Positions 61,872 to 64,000 of a stretch of 64,000 nt of DNA are shown here, piece after piece. The translations under genes and the position numbers were made by a program. The DNA lies in the NCBI RefSeq assembly GCF_964355755.1, contig NC_092677.1:8764101-8828100 (forward strand), read 5' to 3'. The stretch is from Antedon mediterranea (taxonomy: Eukaryota; Animalia; Echinodermata). The notes beneath the pieces are model-generated. The model was not told the DNA's origin. It did no database searches and saw only the letters and a program-made list of their open reading frames with translations. Position 1 is the first letter of the stretch. Every line of letters begins with the position of its first letter.

Positions 61872-63634
61872 ATGGAAGTAACAGTAACAGTTTTTCTTTT
61901 CTTGTTAACTGGTGCAAACACATGTAAGTAGTGCAAATTGGAATTTATAGAGCCAATCTCAGTTTAGATTTTTAAGGTAGGCCTACTTGGTAATGAAAAT
62001 TATTTGAGGACTACGGGGCAACTCGCCTTAACGACGGGTTACAGAGTACTGACAGAAAATTATAATTTATTTTAGCAAGAAGGGTCAGCCTCATGCGCAA
62101 AGATATTGAGTTTGTTTACTGAAATAGGCTAAGGGGAGTTCAATTCTTTTTCGTCATTCATTCGAGAATAGTATTTCATTCTATTTTTTAAACATACAGT
62201 AGTAAGCCTACTTAATTAAATTAGCAAAAACTGGTTTCCACTACGACACAATTCAAAGACTCAAATAGCAACGCAAGTAATCTGAACGTGTTCAGATGGC
62301 CTGCGATTGCGCTTCCTTAAAGTGGAGGTGCTCTCAAAAAATGTCACATTTTTATTTTATTCAGTTCATAATAAACATTACTTTCATCTAAATTAAGGTA
62401 TTTTTTAATGTTGTTGTATGCTGCATGGTAATTCTGAAAAACATCAAAAAATGCCATCTGGGGGGATAGTTCAAATTACAAACCTTTTTCCCTATTCATT
62501 TGCATATAAATTGAAAAAAAAACGATGAGTTTTAAAAGAATCGTAAAAAATATATGCAAGTTCCAAAAATATTATACATATATGTTTTCAGATTTTTCGG
62601 AACCCAAATTTTTCATTTCCGATGTTTTTTTGTCTTTTTTGGAACTTGCATATATTTTTTACGATTTTTTTAAAACTCATCGTTTTTTTTTCAATTTACA
62701 TGCAAATGAATAGGGAAAAAGGTTTGTAATTTGAACTATCCCCCCAGATGGCATTTTTTGATGTTTTTCAGAATTACCATGCAGCATACAACAAAATTAA
62801 AAAATACCTTAATTTAGATGAAAGTAATGTTTATTATGAACTGAATAAAATAAAAATGTGAAATTTTTTGAGAGCACCTCCACTTTAAGTACGTCCTTAT
62901 GCGTTGCGCCAAAACGGGGAACCAAGTTATTGTTAAGGAACATATGTTAGAACAATAGAAAAGTACAGACAAAGTTGTATTGATCAAAACGTCGAGAAAT
63001 ACGTTCTTTTCAGAATTAACCTGTGTACCACAAACAACAATAATGTTATAGTTTAATATACGTTTCTTTTATGTTACAGCCTATTTATCTTACAAGGTAG
63101 GGGCTACAGCAAAGTCTGCGTTCTCGTCAAAGGGTAATCCAGACAAAGCTGTTGATGGAAATGACAATTCTCTCTTCGAAGATGGGACATGTGCGCATAC
63201 ACGTAAGTGTTTCGCATAATTGAACTTATTGTATAATGTATCTCTAAAATAGTATCTCTAAAAAAGTATAACATCAATGACCTATTTACAGGTTAAATAT
63301 TCAATCAAACACAGCTACTAAGGTGTCTGGAATCTCCAGAAGACTTGTAGCAAACAATTACCTAAACGTTGCGAAATTCTAAACCTTATTTACTTCTTTT
63401 TTTTTAAAGTACTGAAAACCTAATTTTACTGGATATTTACTGGACACGCAGACCTTCCAACAATATTTTAACATATTATTTATATTATATATATTATACT
63501 AGCTCATACTAAATATAGGCCTACTAATTATAAGGTATGTTTTATACTAGAGAGTTCATATCAAGAATGGATCAAAATTGACCTTCTGAAGGAATACAGT
63601 ATTACAAGTGTTACTGTCATTAATAGAGTGCACG
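61872..63634 (+). CDS. Secreted F-type lectin (fucolectin-like) protein, first three exons; gene continues beyond the window
   Basis: Exons 61872-61923 (signal peptide MEVTVTVFLFLLTGANT), 63080-63202 (..NPDKAVDGNDNSLFEDGTCAHT) and 63551-63634 (QSSYQEWIKIDLLKEYSITSVTVINRVH). All introns are phase-1 GT-AG, and the H-X26-R spacing of F-type lectins is kept. Confidence 0.8.
62321..62884. mobile_element. Foldback Kolobok-type MITE (~248-bp near-perfect arms), nested in a Harbinger-like MITE
   Basis: TTAA|AGTGGAGGTGCTCTCAAAAAAT ... ATTTTTTGAGAGCACCTCCACT|TTAA. Arms ~62321-62568 and ~62637-62884. The flanks CTGGTTTCCACTA (62231) and GGGAACCAAG (~62926) are the host MITE ends. Confidence 0.85.
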
Positions 63635-63690
63635 GTAAGAACACTAACGCAGTGCCAAATATTGATCGAAAAGTATACAAAGTTATGTCA

Positions 63691-63800
63691 AACAAGACCA
63701 TATACACTGCTGCAATCGCGTGGTCAAGTTAGTGTTTACCGACCAACCGACCGACCAATCGACCGACATAATGAGCTGTAGAGTCGCGTACGCGACTAAA
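63691..63800 (+). mobile_element. Short Helentron-type (HINE) element
   Basis: Starts AACAAG, carries a (CCGA)n microsatellite, and ends in the hairpin AGTCGCGT-ACGCGACT followed by an A-run. Confidence 0.65.
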
Positions 63801-64000
63801 AATGGGGTCGTTATAAAAGAAAAATACTTGAATGAAGATTAATAACAAAAAAGACTTTGAATGTGCCATTTCGCCATTTTAATAAAGTTACACACTACTT
63901 CCGTAGAAAAAAAAATGTTTGCACTTATAAAACACAAATAAATTCAACCAAAAACCCATTAAAATCCTGTCAATTTGACTATTTTTTGCTTAACAATTTT

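Overview
This is AT-rich, intron-containing animal DNA. An invertebrate deuterostome such as an echinoderm is a plausible source, but that is inference. Host genes reconstructed by hand from GT-AG exons are MRPL39 (minus, 496-4161) head-to-head with CFAP45 (plus, 4416-9721), a ~32 kb TTC3/DZIP3-like TPR + RING-H2 E3 ligase (minus, 20786-53009), and the first three exons of a secreted F-type lectin (plus, from 61872). Between CFAP45 and TTC3 lies a ~6 kb satellite built from two hairpin modules, with a ~2 kb higher-order duplication. Introns and spacers hold many mobile elements: an internally deleted Academ transposon, Kolobok and Harbinger-like MITEs, Helentron-type elements, a 5S+tRNA chimeric SINE, a Penelope-like insert with a hammerhead core, and a solo LTR. 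The most unusual region is 55.0-60.2 kb, just upstream of the TTC3-like gene, where P-superfamily elements cluster. One carries what looks like a TATA-driven, oligo-T-terminated ~85-nt structured RNA gene. The other is a tail-to-tail composite that still encodes an intact spliced THAP-only (KP-repressor-like) protein. Most ORFs in the supplied track are artefacts.
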